A DNA stretch of 64,000 nucleotides. Origin: Syntrophales bacterium. GTDB lineage: Bacteria > Desulfobacterota > Syntrophia > Syntrophales > PHBD01. Positions 20,601 through 29,669 of this stretch are shown piece after piece. The notes under the pieces were generated by a model. It did no database searches. It saw nothing but the letters and a program-made list of their open reading frames with translations, and was not told where the DNA came from. The stretch is taken from contig OY764159.1 in the NCBI GenBank assembly GCA_963668175.1, forward strand, positions 2,400,001-2,464,000, written 5' to 3'. Both the position numbers and the translations under genes were made by a program. The stretch's first letter is position 1, and each line of letters starts with the position of its first letter.

Positions 20601-20867
20601 CTGCGTACTATTCTGTCCGGCCAGCCTGTGGAGTTCGCGCCGATAGGCTTCGGGGGACCCGAAGATCCGGCCGCCGAAGTCGCCCGCGTCCGCCGACATA
20701 TCTTCGCACGATGCGTAGCCCATGATGCGCGCGAGGGCGGGATTGCCCGTCAGGAGCCTGCCGTCGGCGTCGATGCGGCAGATGCCGATCGTCGCGTTCT
20801 CGAAGAGGGACCGGAAGATTTCGTTTTCCCTGAGCAGTTCCTCGTATGTTTTTGTCGAATCGTGCAT
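17661..20867 (-). CDS. Cytoplasmic multi-PAS hybrid histidine kinase (HisKA-HATPase-REC)
   Basis: PAS repeats, LAGGVAHDFNN, NLCVNARDA, FDPFFTTK..GTGLGL, receiver VEDE/TDVVMP. Confidence 0.93.
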   Translation of the reverse strand: MHDSTKTYEELLRENEIFRSLFENATIGICRIDADGRLLTGNPALARIMGYASCEDMSADAGDFGGRIFGSPEAYRRELHRLAGQNSTQNLELETRRRDGATRLLSADCRTIGDAKGIPLFMEGFIADITEQRRIREELQSVLREQRIILDTADVAISLVRDRKQVWINKKTEAMFQYPKEELIGQTTEKFYVSKEAYNRLGSDAYPVLARGETYVTVQELVRRDGAHIWVKYNGRAVDPSDLSAGTLWILEDITERKRTEEALQRAHDDLEQRVRDRTEALTRLNEEFKDEIADRRRAEEALKTREEIFSSIVGQAVDAIALIDRTNDRFVEFNEAAHEGLGYSREEFAALTVHDIRTEMTPEPISRILEEDPVRGVAFETTHRHRSGDIRDVRVSVKELRIGGRAYWAAVWTDITDQKRAERDLQYRNVLLSTQQDVSIDGILVVDEEDRIVSYNRRFVDMWRIQPALVEAKYDEPVLQSVASQIADPDQFQERVRYLYEHKEEIGRDVIALVDGRVFERYSAPLLGPEGQYFGRVWYFHDLTDFIRAEEALRESGEMLKTIFDNSPIAVEIYDKEAVLIGCNRRVGEMFGVDADALIGKFGLKDDPNYGYRDIWERLDRGEEVRQIIPVDFARLPYETRKTGTAFYDIITTPIPDTVSRKIGYIVQIIDVTERMQAQADRESLQAQFLQAQKMESVGRLAGGVAHDFNNMLGVILGHTEIVMERVKPGQPFRTNLEEIAKAARRSTALVSQLLAFARKQTAAPRLLDLNETVDGMLKMLQRLIGEDIHLNWLPGSDLWTVLMDPSQIDQILANLCVNARDAIAGVGRVAIETGNVAFDEDYCSSHAGYIPGAYVLLAVSDDGCGMSRETLANIFDPFFTTKETGKGTGLGLATIYGIVKQNGGFVGVDSEPGRGTTFKVYLPRYMGAEEPAAAGDSREPAAGGRETVLVVEDEPSLLAMSGLMLEKLGYAVLIAGTPGEAVRKAEAHAGTIHLLMTDVVMPEMNGKELADRLKVLFPDMKSLFMSGYTADIISHHGILNEGVHYMQKPFSLKEMASKVRKALDGA

Positions 20868-20939
20868 GCTTGATCCCTGCCGGTAAAAGATGCCGTTTGA
20901 ATACTGCGACGATGTTTCAGGCCGGGATATGATAAAAGA

Positions 20940-21091
20940 TCAATATTCATGCCAGGGGTGACGGTTCCGGGGTGGATTTCATAATGTTCATCATAATCAA
21001 CGGTTTACGGGACATGGGAGGGAGATACGCCGGTCGCGCTTCCCGTCTCCGGCGCGTCCGTTTTGGCGGAATCCGTCCGAAGGGAACGGAC
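20940..21091 (-). promoter_or_regulatory. Sigma-54-like promoter plus GTCCG-N6/7-CGGA(C) upstream sites
   Basis: CTGGCATGAATATTGA at 20940-20955; sites at 21056-21071 and 21075-21091. Confidence 0.6.
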
Positions 21092-21236
21092 AGGGAAAAG
21101 CGATGCGGGCCGTCGGTAAGGCGCCAGGAGGCGGAAAAGAAGCGGGCGGAACACGGGGTTCCGCCTGCAATCTCTGTCGGGTCCCGCCTAGCCCCGGTCA
21201 TGGCGGGGGCCGGCGGCCTCGTTCAAAAAACGTCCG

Positions 21237-21605
21237 TCAGCGGGAGCAGCGGCTGTAGTCGCCTTTCCAGCGGAACGTCCCGTCCAGGTTGTAGGAATCG
21301 TACGACAGGCTGTTGCCCGATACCTTCATCACGGCATGGACGATGGTCGGCGACGTTTTGCTCTTGAGCGTCGCCGTGAAGGTATTGCCGACAGCGGAGC
21401 CGACACCCGCCGAATAGACCGGTTTGTCCCAGCCTTCCTTGAGTTCCACGATGCTGACGGCGCCCTTGGGCGTCAGGGTGATGATGTCGCCCACGGCTCC
21501 GCCCACGTTCCGGCAGAAGCTCCCGCTCATGTCCGCCGCGGACGCCGCGCCCGCCCAGCACAGGACGGCCAGGGCCGCCGCCGTTACGATCAAACGTTTC
21601 TTCAC
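21237..21605 (-). CDS. Small secreted hypothetical protein
   Basis: GTG start with a GGAGGA RBS, signal peptide ending ASA-A, beta-rich mature region. Confidence 0.75.
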   Translation of the reverse strand: MKKRLIVTAAALAVLCWAGAASAADMSGSFCRNVGGAVGDIITLTPKGAVSIVELKEGWDKPVYSAGVGSAVGNTFTATLKSKTSPTIVHAVMKVSGNSLSYDSYNLDGTFRWKGDYSRCSR

Positions 21606-21805
21606 GATACATCCTCCTTCGAATTTTGATGATTTGCTTTCCGGCGCACCGACTATAAAGCATAGGAATCCCGCCTGTCAAAGGATATCCGGCAGCGGGG
21701 CCGCCCGACCGGAAAAAAGCGGGTAGGCCGGGTCGGTTCCGCATCCCGTCCGGGACATGGCAAACGATCGGACGCGCAGGAAAGTACCCTCGCCATACCT
21801 GCGGC

Positions 21806-22671
21806 TCAATATGTCTTGACGACGCCGCCGTCGAAGAGGAGATCGCTGCCGTCGAGGTACTTGCCGTGCTTCGAGAAGCCGAAGACGAAGAGGTTCGCGA
21901 CCTCGACGGGATTCATCATCTCCTTGACCCGCGATTTGCCGAGCATGACGTCGACGACGACCTCTTCCTCGGTTATGCCCCTCTGGCGGGCCTGGTCGGG
22001 GATCTGTTTCGTCGCCAGCGGCGTTTTGATGAAGCCGGTGCTGACCGAGAAGGACCTGATCTTTCCCTGGCCCTCGGCGGCGATGGACTGGCTCAAACCC
22101 CGCAGTCCGAATTTCGTGATGTTGTAGACCGGCTTGTTCATCGTGCAGATGTGGGCGTGGATCGACGTCATGTTGCCGATGGCGCCGAAGCCGTTTTTGG
22201 TCTTCCGGATGCGGGGGATGACCAGCTTCGAGAGATAGAACGGGGCGCGGAGCATGATCGCCTGCATGAGGTCGTATTTGGCCATGGGGAAGTTCTCGAT
22301 GGCGTCGATATGCTGGAGGCCGGCGATATTGGCGAGGAACTTGATGCCTCCCAGCTTTGCCGACTCCCTGACGGCGCTTTCGATATCGGCGTCGCTCGTG
22401 AGGTCCGTCTTGATGAACTGGACCCGGCCGCCCATCTTCTTCGCCAGCGCCGCGGTTTCCTTGCCGCCGGCCTCGTCCATGTCGAGCGCAGCGACGGAGA
22501 CGCCGTTTGCGGCCATGGCGAGCGCCGTCGCCCGGCCGATGCCGCTCGCCGCACCGGTTACGAGGCATACGAATTCCCGCTTAAAGTTGTCGTCCTTGAC
22601 GATCAGTATGTCCGATTTTTGATGTCCGGCGGCTCCAGCTCGAATTTCGGCTTCTTGACTGCTTTCTTCAT
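21806..22671 (-). pseudogene. Short-chain dehydrogenase (3-hydroxybutyrate dehydrogenase-like) with a 1-nt frameshift near the 5' end
   Basis: TGAASGIG, NIAGLQH, SIH, YNITKFG. The RBS-led start MKKAVKKPKFELEPPDIK joins KSDILIVKDDNF only if the A5 run at 22616-22620 is A6. Confidence 0.75.
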
Positions 22672-22921
22672 CGTGTTTCTCCTTTTTTGAAACATTGCTG
22701 ACGGGTTGACGGTTACCGCGGCCGTAAACGAACGCTGTGAAACGACGGTAAATGAAGGGATGCGGGATAAGACGGGATATCGGGACCGTGATCGCTCCGC
22801 CGGATGCGGCAAGCGGTGCGCCGTCGAGGAACTGCCGTCGGGAGCGGCACCGGCATTGCGCGGCGCAGGCAAGACCGGGGAAGGGTGTGCGTTTTGATCC
22901 TGAGAAATCCAACAATTACCT

Positions 22922-22956
22922 TGTAAAATTTTACATCATCGGCGGCGGCTTGTCAA
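22922..22956 (-). promoter_or_regulatory. Sigma-70 promoter with a palindromic operator over the -10 element
   Basis: TTGACA-N17-TAAAAT; perfect palindrome TGTAAAATTTTACA at 22922-22935. Confidence 0.65.
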
Positions 22957-23047
22957 ATGCGGGAGGCCGGAAAACGGCGGCGGGGGCATGGAAAGGGGAG
23001 GATAAAGGGGCGGCGGAAGAACCGGCGGGAAATCGTTTTCCCGTATC

Positions 23048-23533
23048 CTATTCCGCGATCTTCGATACGGCGTAAATATCGGTCCGGCGCGTCCAGCCTG
23101 CGGCCTCCCAGAAGGCGAGGCCCGCGGCGTTCGTTGTATAGACGAAGACGTGGACTTTTTGAATGCCGGCCGCCTTCAGGGCGTTCAGACACGCGTCCGC
23201 GAGCCCCCGGCCGATGCCCCGTTTCCGCCAGGCGGCGTCGACCGCCAGATGGTACATGTAGCCGCGCCTGCCGTCGTGGCCGCCGAGGATTGTACCCACG
23301 ATCCTGCCGCCGGCCGCGGCCGCGAAGCTCATGCCGGGGTTCCGCGCGAGGAAGGACCGGATGACCTCTTCCGTGTCGGCATCGGTCAGGTTGACGCCCT
23401 CGCAGCGGAGCCACAGTCCCCGGGCCTCGTCGTAGGCCCCGATGTCGAAGGGAACGATTTCGGCGGTAAGGGCGGAGGCGTCCTCCTCTTTCCCGCCGGG
23501 CGGCCGCGAAAAAGCCAGTATCGGTTTGCGCAT
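23048..23533 (-). CDS. GNAT family N-acetyltransferase
   Basis: GHDGRRGYMYHLAV..WRKRGIG, N..GLAFWEAAGW. Confidence 0.88.
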   Translation of the reverse strand: MRKPILAFSRPPGGKEEDASALTAEIVPFDIGAYDEARGLWLRCEGVNLTDADTEEVIRSFLARNPGMSFAAAAGGRIVGTILGGHDGRRGYMYHLAVDAAWRKRGIGRGLADACLNALKAAGIQKVHVFVYTTNAAGLAFWEAAGWTRRTDIYAVSKIAE

Positions 23534-23782
23534 GGTCGTTTGTCTCCTGTCCTGTTCAATTCTTGCGGCCGGGTCCGGAAAACATCCTCGTGCATTCGCA
23601 TCGATCCCGGCCGGTACGGGGCGGAGGATATTAAATTGCGCCGGCTCTTCACGCGGCCGGGGACTCCAAATTGCCCCGGCTTCCGAAAATAGTCAAGGTC
23701 ATGTTTGCGGCGCCACCGTTTTAGCCTTGACAAAATGCGGGAGGAGGAGCAACCTTCACACCCTGACAGCCTAGGAGGTATG

Positions 23783-24907
23783 ATGTCCCTGAAAAATCGT
23801 TTGCGGGAAAAGGCGCTGGAGTTGGGGTTCGCCGCCGCCGGTTTCACCGATGTTTCGCCCCTCGACCTGTACATTAAAGAGTACGAATCCCGGCCGCCGG
23901 AGATGTACGGCTGGCGGTCGAGCAGTCCCTTCGATCTTCGCAGGGGCGCCCGGCTGGGCGAAACGCATCCCGAGGCCCGGTCGCTCCTCGTCCTCATCCG
24001 CAACTATCACCGATACCGTTTCCCGGCTTCCCTCACGGGGCGGATCGGCCGCCTCTATCAGGTGGATGAGCGCATGGAGAAGGGGAGCGAACACAAGCGG
24101 ATGGAGAATTATCTCGGATTCCTGAAAGAGGAGGGCGTCCGCGCCTGGATCGATCCGTCCGTTCCTGCCCGCATGTCGGCGGCCAGGGCCGGCCTCGTCA
24201 CGTATGGGAAGAACTGCTTCGCCTACGCCCGGGGCTTCATGCAGGGGGCGTCCTGGATGGAGATCCACCCCGTCCTCCTCGACGCCGCCGTGGAACCCGA
24301 CGAGCCGTCGATCCGCTACGGATGCCCGTCGTGGTGCCGGAACGCATGCATGGCGGCATGTCCCACCAAGGCCATCTACGCGCCGGGCAGGATGAACCCG
24401 ACGCGATGCATCGCCTACCTGTCCTATTACGGTGCGGGCATTACGCCGCGGGAGTTCCGCGAACCCATGGGCCTCTGGGTGTACGGGTGCGACCGGTGCC
24501 AGCAGGTCTGCCCCCGGAACGACCTCTACCGGAGCCGGGAATTGCCGGTCAACGAACCGCTGGAGGCGCGCGCGGGGGATTTCGATCCTTCGACACTCCT
24601 CACCATGTCGGACGAGCATTACACAACCAGGGTCTGGCCGCTCTGTTTTTACATCGCGAAGGAGAACAAGGCCAAGTGGCAGATGAACGCCGCCCGGGCC
24701 CTGGGAAACCTCGGGGACCGGAGTTCCGTTCCGCTTCTGGCGGAGGCGCTTGCCGGAAACCCGAGCGACATGGTCCGGGGGATGTGCGCATGGGCGCTGG
24801 GAAGGATCGGCGGCAGGCAGTCCAGGGATGTCCTGGAGCGCAGGTGCGGCGGCGAAGACGGCCCGGTGCGCGGGGAGATCGTCCTCGCCCTGGCGGAGGC
24901 AGGCTGA
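23783..24907 (+). CDS. Epoxyqueuosine reductase (QueG)-like Fe-S protein with C-terminal HEAT repeats
   Basis: ALELGF, AARAGL..YGKN, C..CMAACPTKAI, RCIAY, YGCDRCQQVCPRN, VRGMCAWALG. AGGAGG RBS. Confidence 0.82.
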   Translation: MSLKNRLREKALELGFAAAGFTDVSPLDLYIKEYESRPPEMYGWRSSSPFDLRRGARLGETHPEARSLLVLIRNYHRYRFPASLTGRIGRLYQVDERMEKGSEHKRMENYLGFLKEEGVRAWIDPSVPARMSAARAGLVTYGKNCFAYARGFMQGASWMEIHPVLLDAAVEPDEPSIRYGCPSWCRNACMAACPTKAIYAPGRMNPTRCIAYLSYYGAGITPREFREPMGLWVYGCDRCQQVCPRNDLYRSRELPVNEPLEARAGDFDPSTLLTMSDEHYTTRVWPLCFYIAKENKAKWQMNAARALGNLGDRSSVPLLAEALAGNPSDMVRGMCAWALGRIGGRQSRDVLERRCGGEDGPVRGEIVLALAEAG

Positions 24908-24967
24908 AAAGAATATCGGCCGTACGATCGAAGGCTACGGATCGGCGGTTGCGCGGTTCCGCGGCCG

Positions 24968-27034
24968 TTATCGGTTCCTGCCCAGCTCTTTCTTCACGGC
25001 AAGCCCGAGCGCTTCCATGAGGTAGGGCTTCCTGACATAGGCGCCCGCCCCGGCTGCCTGCGCGGCGCGCACCCTGTCCGTTTCCGAATAACCGCTCACG
25101 ATAATCGCCTTCTGCCCCGGGCGCACGGCGAGCACGCTCCGGTAGGTATCCAGCCCGTCCATGCCGGGGTCCATGATCATATCGAGAATCATCAGGTCGA
25201 CGGGGCGATCCATCAGGTACGCCACCGCCTCTTCGCCGCTGGCGACGCTCTCCACGCGATAATTCAGTTTCGTGAGCATCCGGGTCGCCAGTTTGCGCTG
25301 CCCCTCCACGTCGTCTACGACGAGAATGGATTCTCCTTTTCCCATGTATTCGGACATGGGAACGGCTGCCGTCCCCGCAGCGACGTCTTCCCTGGATGCG
25401 GGAAGATGGATGGTGAAGGTGCTTCCCTTGCCTTCTTCGCTCTCCACGTCGATGTAGCCGTCGTGGTCCTTCACCGTTCCCCAGACCACCGACAGACCCA
25501 GCCCCGTGCCGCTTCGCCCCATGACCTTTTTCGTATAGAACGGCTCGAAGATGCGTTTGAGATCGGCGGCGGGTATGCCTTCGCCCGTGTCGGAAACGGA
25601 AAGAACGACATAGTCCCCCTCGCGGACTTCTTCGTAGCCGTGAACCGGCCTGTCGAGGTAGCGGTTGCCGGTCCTGACGGTCAGGACGCCGCCGTTCGGC
25701 ATGGCCTCGTTGGCGTTGCTCATCAGGTTGAAGATCGTCTTCGTGAGATGGACGGAAGACCCGGAAACGTTCAGAAGCCCGGACTCGAGGTCGATCCTGA
25801 CCTTAACCGATGGATGGCGGGCAAGGAGTTTCAGAAATTCCGGGGAATTTTGAGAATCGCGGATGAGCGCGTTCAGATTGAGGACGGTCTTGCCGGCCAC
25901 CCCTCTCCTGGCCAGGGTCAGGAGGTCCTGGACAATGGCTGCCGCCCCCTCGCTGCCGGTCTTGATGCTGGTCAGGTAGGATCTCATGGCGCTCGTAATC
26001 CCCGGTTCGTGAAGGAGCAATTCCGAATAACCGACGACGATGCCCAGGACGTTGTTGAGGTCGTGGGCCACGCCGCCCGCCAGCGTCCCCAGCGCCTCCA
26101 TCTTTTCGGCGCGGTTCAGGCGCTCTTCCAGCATGCGCCTCTCCTCTTCCGCCTGCTTGCGGCTGGTGACGTCCCGGATGGAGATGAGGTCCGCCGGCAC
26201 GCCTTCGTACGTGATCAGCTTGCCGATGCACTCCACGCAGAGTTTCTTCCCCGAATTCGCTATCGTATAATACTGTGCCAGGTAGCCGCCGTTGCCCTGC
26301 GCCACGTCCATGAAATCCCGGACCACATCGTTCACCGATTCCGGCGCGATGAACTCCATCATGTTCCTGCCGATAAGTGCGGCGCGGTCTTCGGCTTCGA
26401 GCGCCCGGACGACGATATCGTTGACAAACAGGAGCTTGCCCTGCATGTCGATGATCATGATGCCTTCCAGGGAGTATTCGACGAGGGACCGGAACTTCGC
26501 CTCGCTGTCGCGGAGGGTTTTGGCCAGTAAGATTTGCTCCGCTTCCGACCTTTTGCGGGCGGTGATATCCCGGGACACCATGAGAATGCCCGACGGCCTG
26601 CCGTCGCCGCCGCGCAGGAAGGAAAGGCCGGCCTCCACCCAGATGACGGAGCCGTCCTTCGTGTATTCTTCCACTTCCACGATGCGCATTCTGCCGGGAT
26701 CGGCCGTGCCGCTCGCCTCCAGCTTCATCTCCTCGTCGTAGACGGCCAGGGCGAGCCGATAGGATTCCGGCGTCAGGACCCGGTCCAGGGGCTGATACAT
26801 GACTTCCTCGACGGTGAAGCCGCGAAGCCGCATGATGGCCGGACTGACATAGGTGAAGCGCAGCTCCATGTCCATGATTGCTATGACGTCGGCCGTGCTC
26901 TCCGCGATGAGGCGGTATTTCGCCTCGCTCTCCCGCAGGGCGGCATCGGCCCGGTTGCTTTCGAACGACTCTTTTTCGAGTTCCCCGATTCTTCGTTCCA
27001 GCTCTTCGTAAGTGGGTTTCCCGGTCGCAGCCAA
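24968..27034 (-). CDS. Cytoplasmic PAS hybrid histidine kinase
   Basis: Two PAS domains, LAGGVAHDLNN, FEPFYTKK..GTGLGL, receiver VDD/LDMIMDP. TTG start with an AGGAGG RBS. Confidence 0.92.
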   Translation of the reverse strand: MAATGKPTYEELERRIGELEKESFESNRADAALRESEAKYRLIAESTADVIAIMDMELRFTYVSPAIMRLRGFTVEEVMYQPLDRVLTPESYRLALAVYDEEMKLEASGTADPGRMRIVEVEEYTKDGSVIWVEAGLSFLRGGDGRPSGILMVSRDITARKRSEAEQILLAKTLRDSEAKFRSLVEYSLEGIMIIDMQGKLLFVNDIVVRALEAEDRAALIGRNMMEFIAPESVNDVVRDFMDVAQGNGGYLAQYYTIANSGKKLCVECIGKLITYEGVPADLISIRDVTSRKQAEEERRMLEERLNRAEKMEALGTLAGGVAHDLNNVLGIVVGYSELLLHEPGITSAMRSYLTSIKTGSEGAAAIVQDLLTLARRGVAGKTVLNLNALIRDSQNSPEFLKLLARHPSVKVRIDLESGLLNVSGSSVHLTKTIFNLMSNANEAMPNGGVLTVRTGNRYLDRPVHGYEEVREGDYVVLSVSDTGEGIPAADLKRIFEPFYTKKVMGRSGTGLGLSVVWGTVKDHDGYIDVESEEGKGSTFTIHLPASREDVAAGTAAVPMSEYMGKGESILVVDDVEGQRKLATRMLTKLNYRVESVASGEEAVAYLMDRPVDLMILDMIMDPGMDGLDTYRSVLAVRPGQKAIIVSGYSETDRVRAAQAAGAGAYVRKPYLMEALGLAVKKELGRNR

Positions 27035-27248
27035 GTGGTCCTCCTTTTGAAGGGAAAGCGGGCCCCGTGACGGACATCCTTTCCCGTAGCCGTGTGTATC
27101 CCGCGGTTTGCGTCCTGTCGCCTGCCGGGGTGGAAAAGGGAGCCTTTCAGGGGCAATCGATCCGCCCGCTGCAACCCGTTTCCGAACCGGTCAAAAGGTC
27201 TGTTTCAGAAATTATCTCAAGGAGACAGGGCTCAAGATTGACGCCTAA

Positions 27249-27402
27249 CCAATTATCATGCCAGGCCGGTCTACGGAAAGATGAAAAATGATTCGTATAA
27301 TAATCGGCCGGTTACAGGACTGAAAAGGCCCAAGGCGGCGGTCGCGCCGGAAAGGGCGGTCCCGTGTGTCCATTTCGCCGGAATGCGTCCGGAATAACGG
27401 AC
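27249..27402 (-). promoter_or_regulatory. Sigma-54-like promoter plus GTCCG-N6-CGGAC upstream sites
   Basis: CTGGCATGATAATTGG at 27249-27264; sites at 27368-27383 and 27387-27402. Confidence 0.62.
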
Positions 27403-27563
27403 GGGCGCAAACCCTGCCGAACGACGGATCGGTTATTCAGGACGGGAATGATGTAAGGCTATGGCGTAACCGGGGCAGGGGAGGCCGGTTGAAACGGACT
27501 GCTTCGCCGGCGTCGCCCCGGGCGCGGCAAGACACCCGGGCGGACGTTCGATCTTCAATCGGG

Positions 27564-28085
27564 TTATTTCGCTTCGCCGCTGCCGATGTGCCACGCGCCG
27601 GTCTTCTGGTCGAGCTTATGGCAGCTGGTGCAGGTCCCCCTGCCGTTCGCCAGGAAATGGTTTTCCTGCCCGCCCACCAGGTGGATGGCATGAAGAAGCT
27701 TGGCGAACGGCGGCGCTTTCTGCGAATCCCGCTTGTGGCATGTCAGGCAGTCGTTCGGGATGACCTTGATCCACGATACGTCCGGGTGCTTGCCCGTGAG
27801 CACTGCGCCCGCCGGTGCAGCGGCCTTGGCTTTCGCGAATATGTCCGGGTCGGCGCCGTTTTTCCACTTGGCCAGGATGGAGGGCAGGCGGTAGTCCGCT
27901 TTACGCTCGGGAACGTTCACGTGGCAGTCCACGCAGGCGTGAGGCGTCTTGTCCGGCGTCGTGATGCCCGGAAGATCCGTAACCTTCACGCCGGATGCCT
28001 TTTCCTGTGCGGCGTTTGCCGACAAAGTAACCGCGCAGACGGCCGCTGTAAACATAACAATCACCCATATCGTTATCCGCTTCAT
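27564..28085 (-). CDS. Periplasmic tri-heme c-type cytochrome
   Basis: Signal peptide; CVDCH, CLTCH, CTSCH plus several additional His residues. Confidence 0.88.
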   Translation of the reverse strand: MKRITIWVIVMFTAAVCAVTLSANAAQEKASGVKVTDLPGITTPDKTPHACVDCHVNVPERKADYRLPSILAKWKNGADPDIFAKAKAAAPAGAVLTGKHPDVSWIKVIPNDCLTCHKRDSQKAPPFAKLLHAIHLVGGQENHFLANGRGTCTSCHKLDQKTGAWHIGSGEAK

Positions 28086-28571
28086 GATCGCCTCCTCGAC
28101 GTGATGTGCTCATGCCCGTACGGTGTTCTCTTCTTACCTTCTGGTCCAGACCGACCCGCCGAACCCGCCGCTCTTCTCCCTGGCCACGAATTTGCCGGGC
28201 GATTCCATCTCCAGCCTCAGGTGGCCGTGGTTCATGATATGCCCTTTGGGTCCGATTCAGCTTATATGATGCGCAATGACGATGTCAAGATGCTGTCCGA
28301 TGGGGAAAGCTGTTTGTTGCCGCCTTTCTGGCAATGACGGCGCGGTCATGTTCAACACGACGTCACCGGAAATTATTAAAGGGTGTTCTGTTTACGGAGA
28401 AATTCCTTTTCCTTTTTTCTCAATATGATGAATGGCTTGTAATCATTAATGAATTGACAACCAACTTAAAACATGGTAAAAGAACCGCTAAGAAAATCAA
28501 AAGGTATCGGGCCGCGTTTCAACGTGGTTATTGCGTCGTCTTTTGCCATCTTGAAGGATGTTTTCAATAAG

Positions 28572-28591
28572 ATGGTCACAAAATGGTCACA
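28572..28591. repeat. Tandem ATGGTCACA-aa-ATGGTCACA (integrase arm-type-site-like)
   Basis: 9-bp direct repeat with 11-bp period at the left edge of the low-GC islet. Confidence 0.55.
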
Positions 28592-28638
28592 GCACATCTT
28601 CATAAAATGAGTATCCTGTTCATCGAAAGGGGGCGGTT

Positions 28639-29385
28639 ATGAAAGATTTTGTGGCAATCGACTTTGAAACTGCGAATTCTCAGAGAGTGAGCGCCTGTGC
28701 TTTGGGGTACGCGAAAGTCTCTAATTCGGAAATTGTTGACACCAAAGGATACTTGATCAAGCCCATCGGGGGCCATACACCTTTTCAGTCAAAAATTCAC
28801 GGGATAAAAGAAGAACACACATTTGATAAGCCAGATTTCGGGGCACTCTTCCCAGAGATAAAAGATATATTCTATTATCCTTTGGTTGCTCACAGTTTAT
28901 TCGACAAGCAAGTCTTGCATGCGCTTTCCGAACATTTCGATTTAAAGCTGGTATTTGATTATACTGACTCAAGTTCAGTAGCTAAAGAAAAATTACCTAA
29001 TCTTATGAATTATAAATTGAAAACATGTGTTAAGTATTTCGACCTTCCGGAATTTAAACATCATGATGCCAAAGAGGATGCCATAGCTTGCGCCAAAGTC
29101 TTTTTAAAGCTTCATCTGCGTGACAACGAGCCACAAAAATTATCAAGTAGTAGTGAGCTTTCCGAGTTTAAGGGACTGCTAATCGGTATCCTCGCAGATA
29201 ATGAGGTAAATTATAAAGAGGCATATAGTCTTTTATACTGGCTTGAAGATCATCCGGGTGGTAAACAATCTCATAATGATCTTTATTGCTTACTTAAAAA
29301 CGTTCTAGCTGATGATCATCTTGACTCTATTGAAGCTATGAGAATCAAATTATCATTGGAACATACCTTAAAAGAGTTAAGATAA
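28639..29385 (+). CDS. DEDDh 3'-5' exonuclease (DnaQ-like) with an extra C-terminal helical domain
   Basis: FVAIDFETAN, LVAH..FD, HHDAKEDA. Low GC. Confidence 0.88.
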   Translation: MKDFVAIDFETANSQRVSACALGYAKVSNSEIVDTKGYLIKPIGGHTPFQSKIHGIKEEHTFDKPDFGALFPEIKDIFYYPLVAHSLFDKQVLHALSEHFDLKLVFDYTDSSSVAKEKLPNLMNYKLKTCVKYFDLPEFKHHDAKEDAIACAKVFLKLHLRDNEPQKLSSSSELSEFKGLLIGILADNEVNYKEAYSLLYWLEDHPGGKQSHNDLYCLLKNVLADDHLDSIEAMRIKLSLEHTLKELR

Positions 29386-29669
29386 ACAGATGCGTCGCGA
29401 TTGAAAGGGGTAGGGAGGCCACCTGAAAAGCCGGATACGTCCGCCGGTTTCCCCTTCATTAAACCACCGGGATGATTGCGAGGGCGGGCAATGGAAAATA
29501 AATAGCGAGGTTCATCTCACAGTCTTGTTCGATGATTTGAGCTTCCAAAATTACTTTTAATTCATTTTCTAGGGTATTTGATTTATCAATCATCTTGATC
29601 CCCCAATCACGACAATGATCCTTTCTGCAATGTATTTTGGCAGGAAGGGAAGTGTTAATTACGCTTGCT

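Noticed and set aside
17529..20873. Long + strand ORF (1114 aa) and similar ORFs such as 6716-8752, 34013-35878, 45942-47936 and 58674-60416
   Set aside because: Antisense shadows of real GC-rich genes, with no recognisable motifs.
28134..28235. 33-aa minus-strand ORF (MNHGHLRLEMESPGKF...) upstream of the cytochrome
   Set aside because: Weak RBS and no recognisable motif; it cannot be supported from sequence alone.
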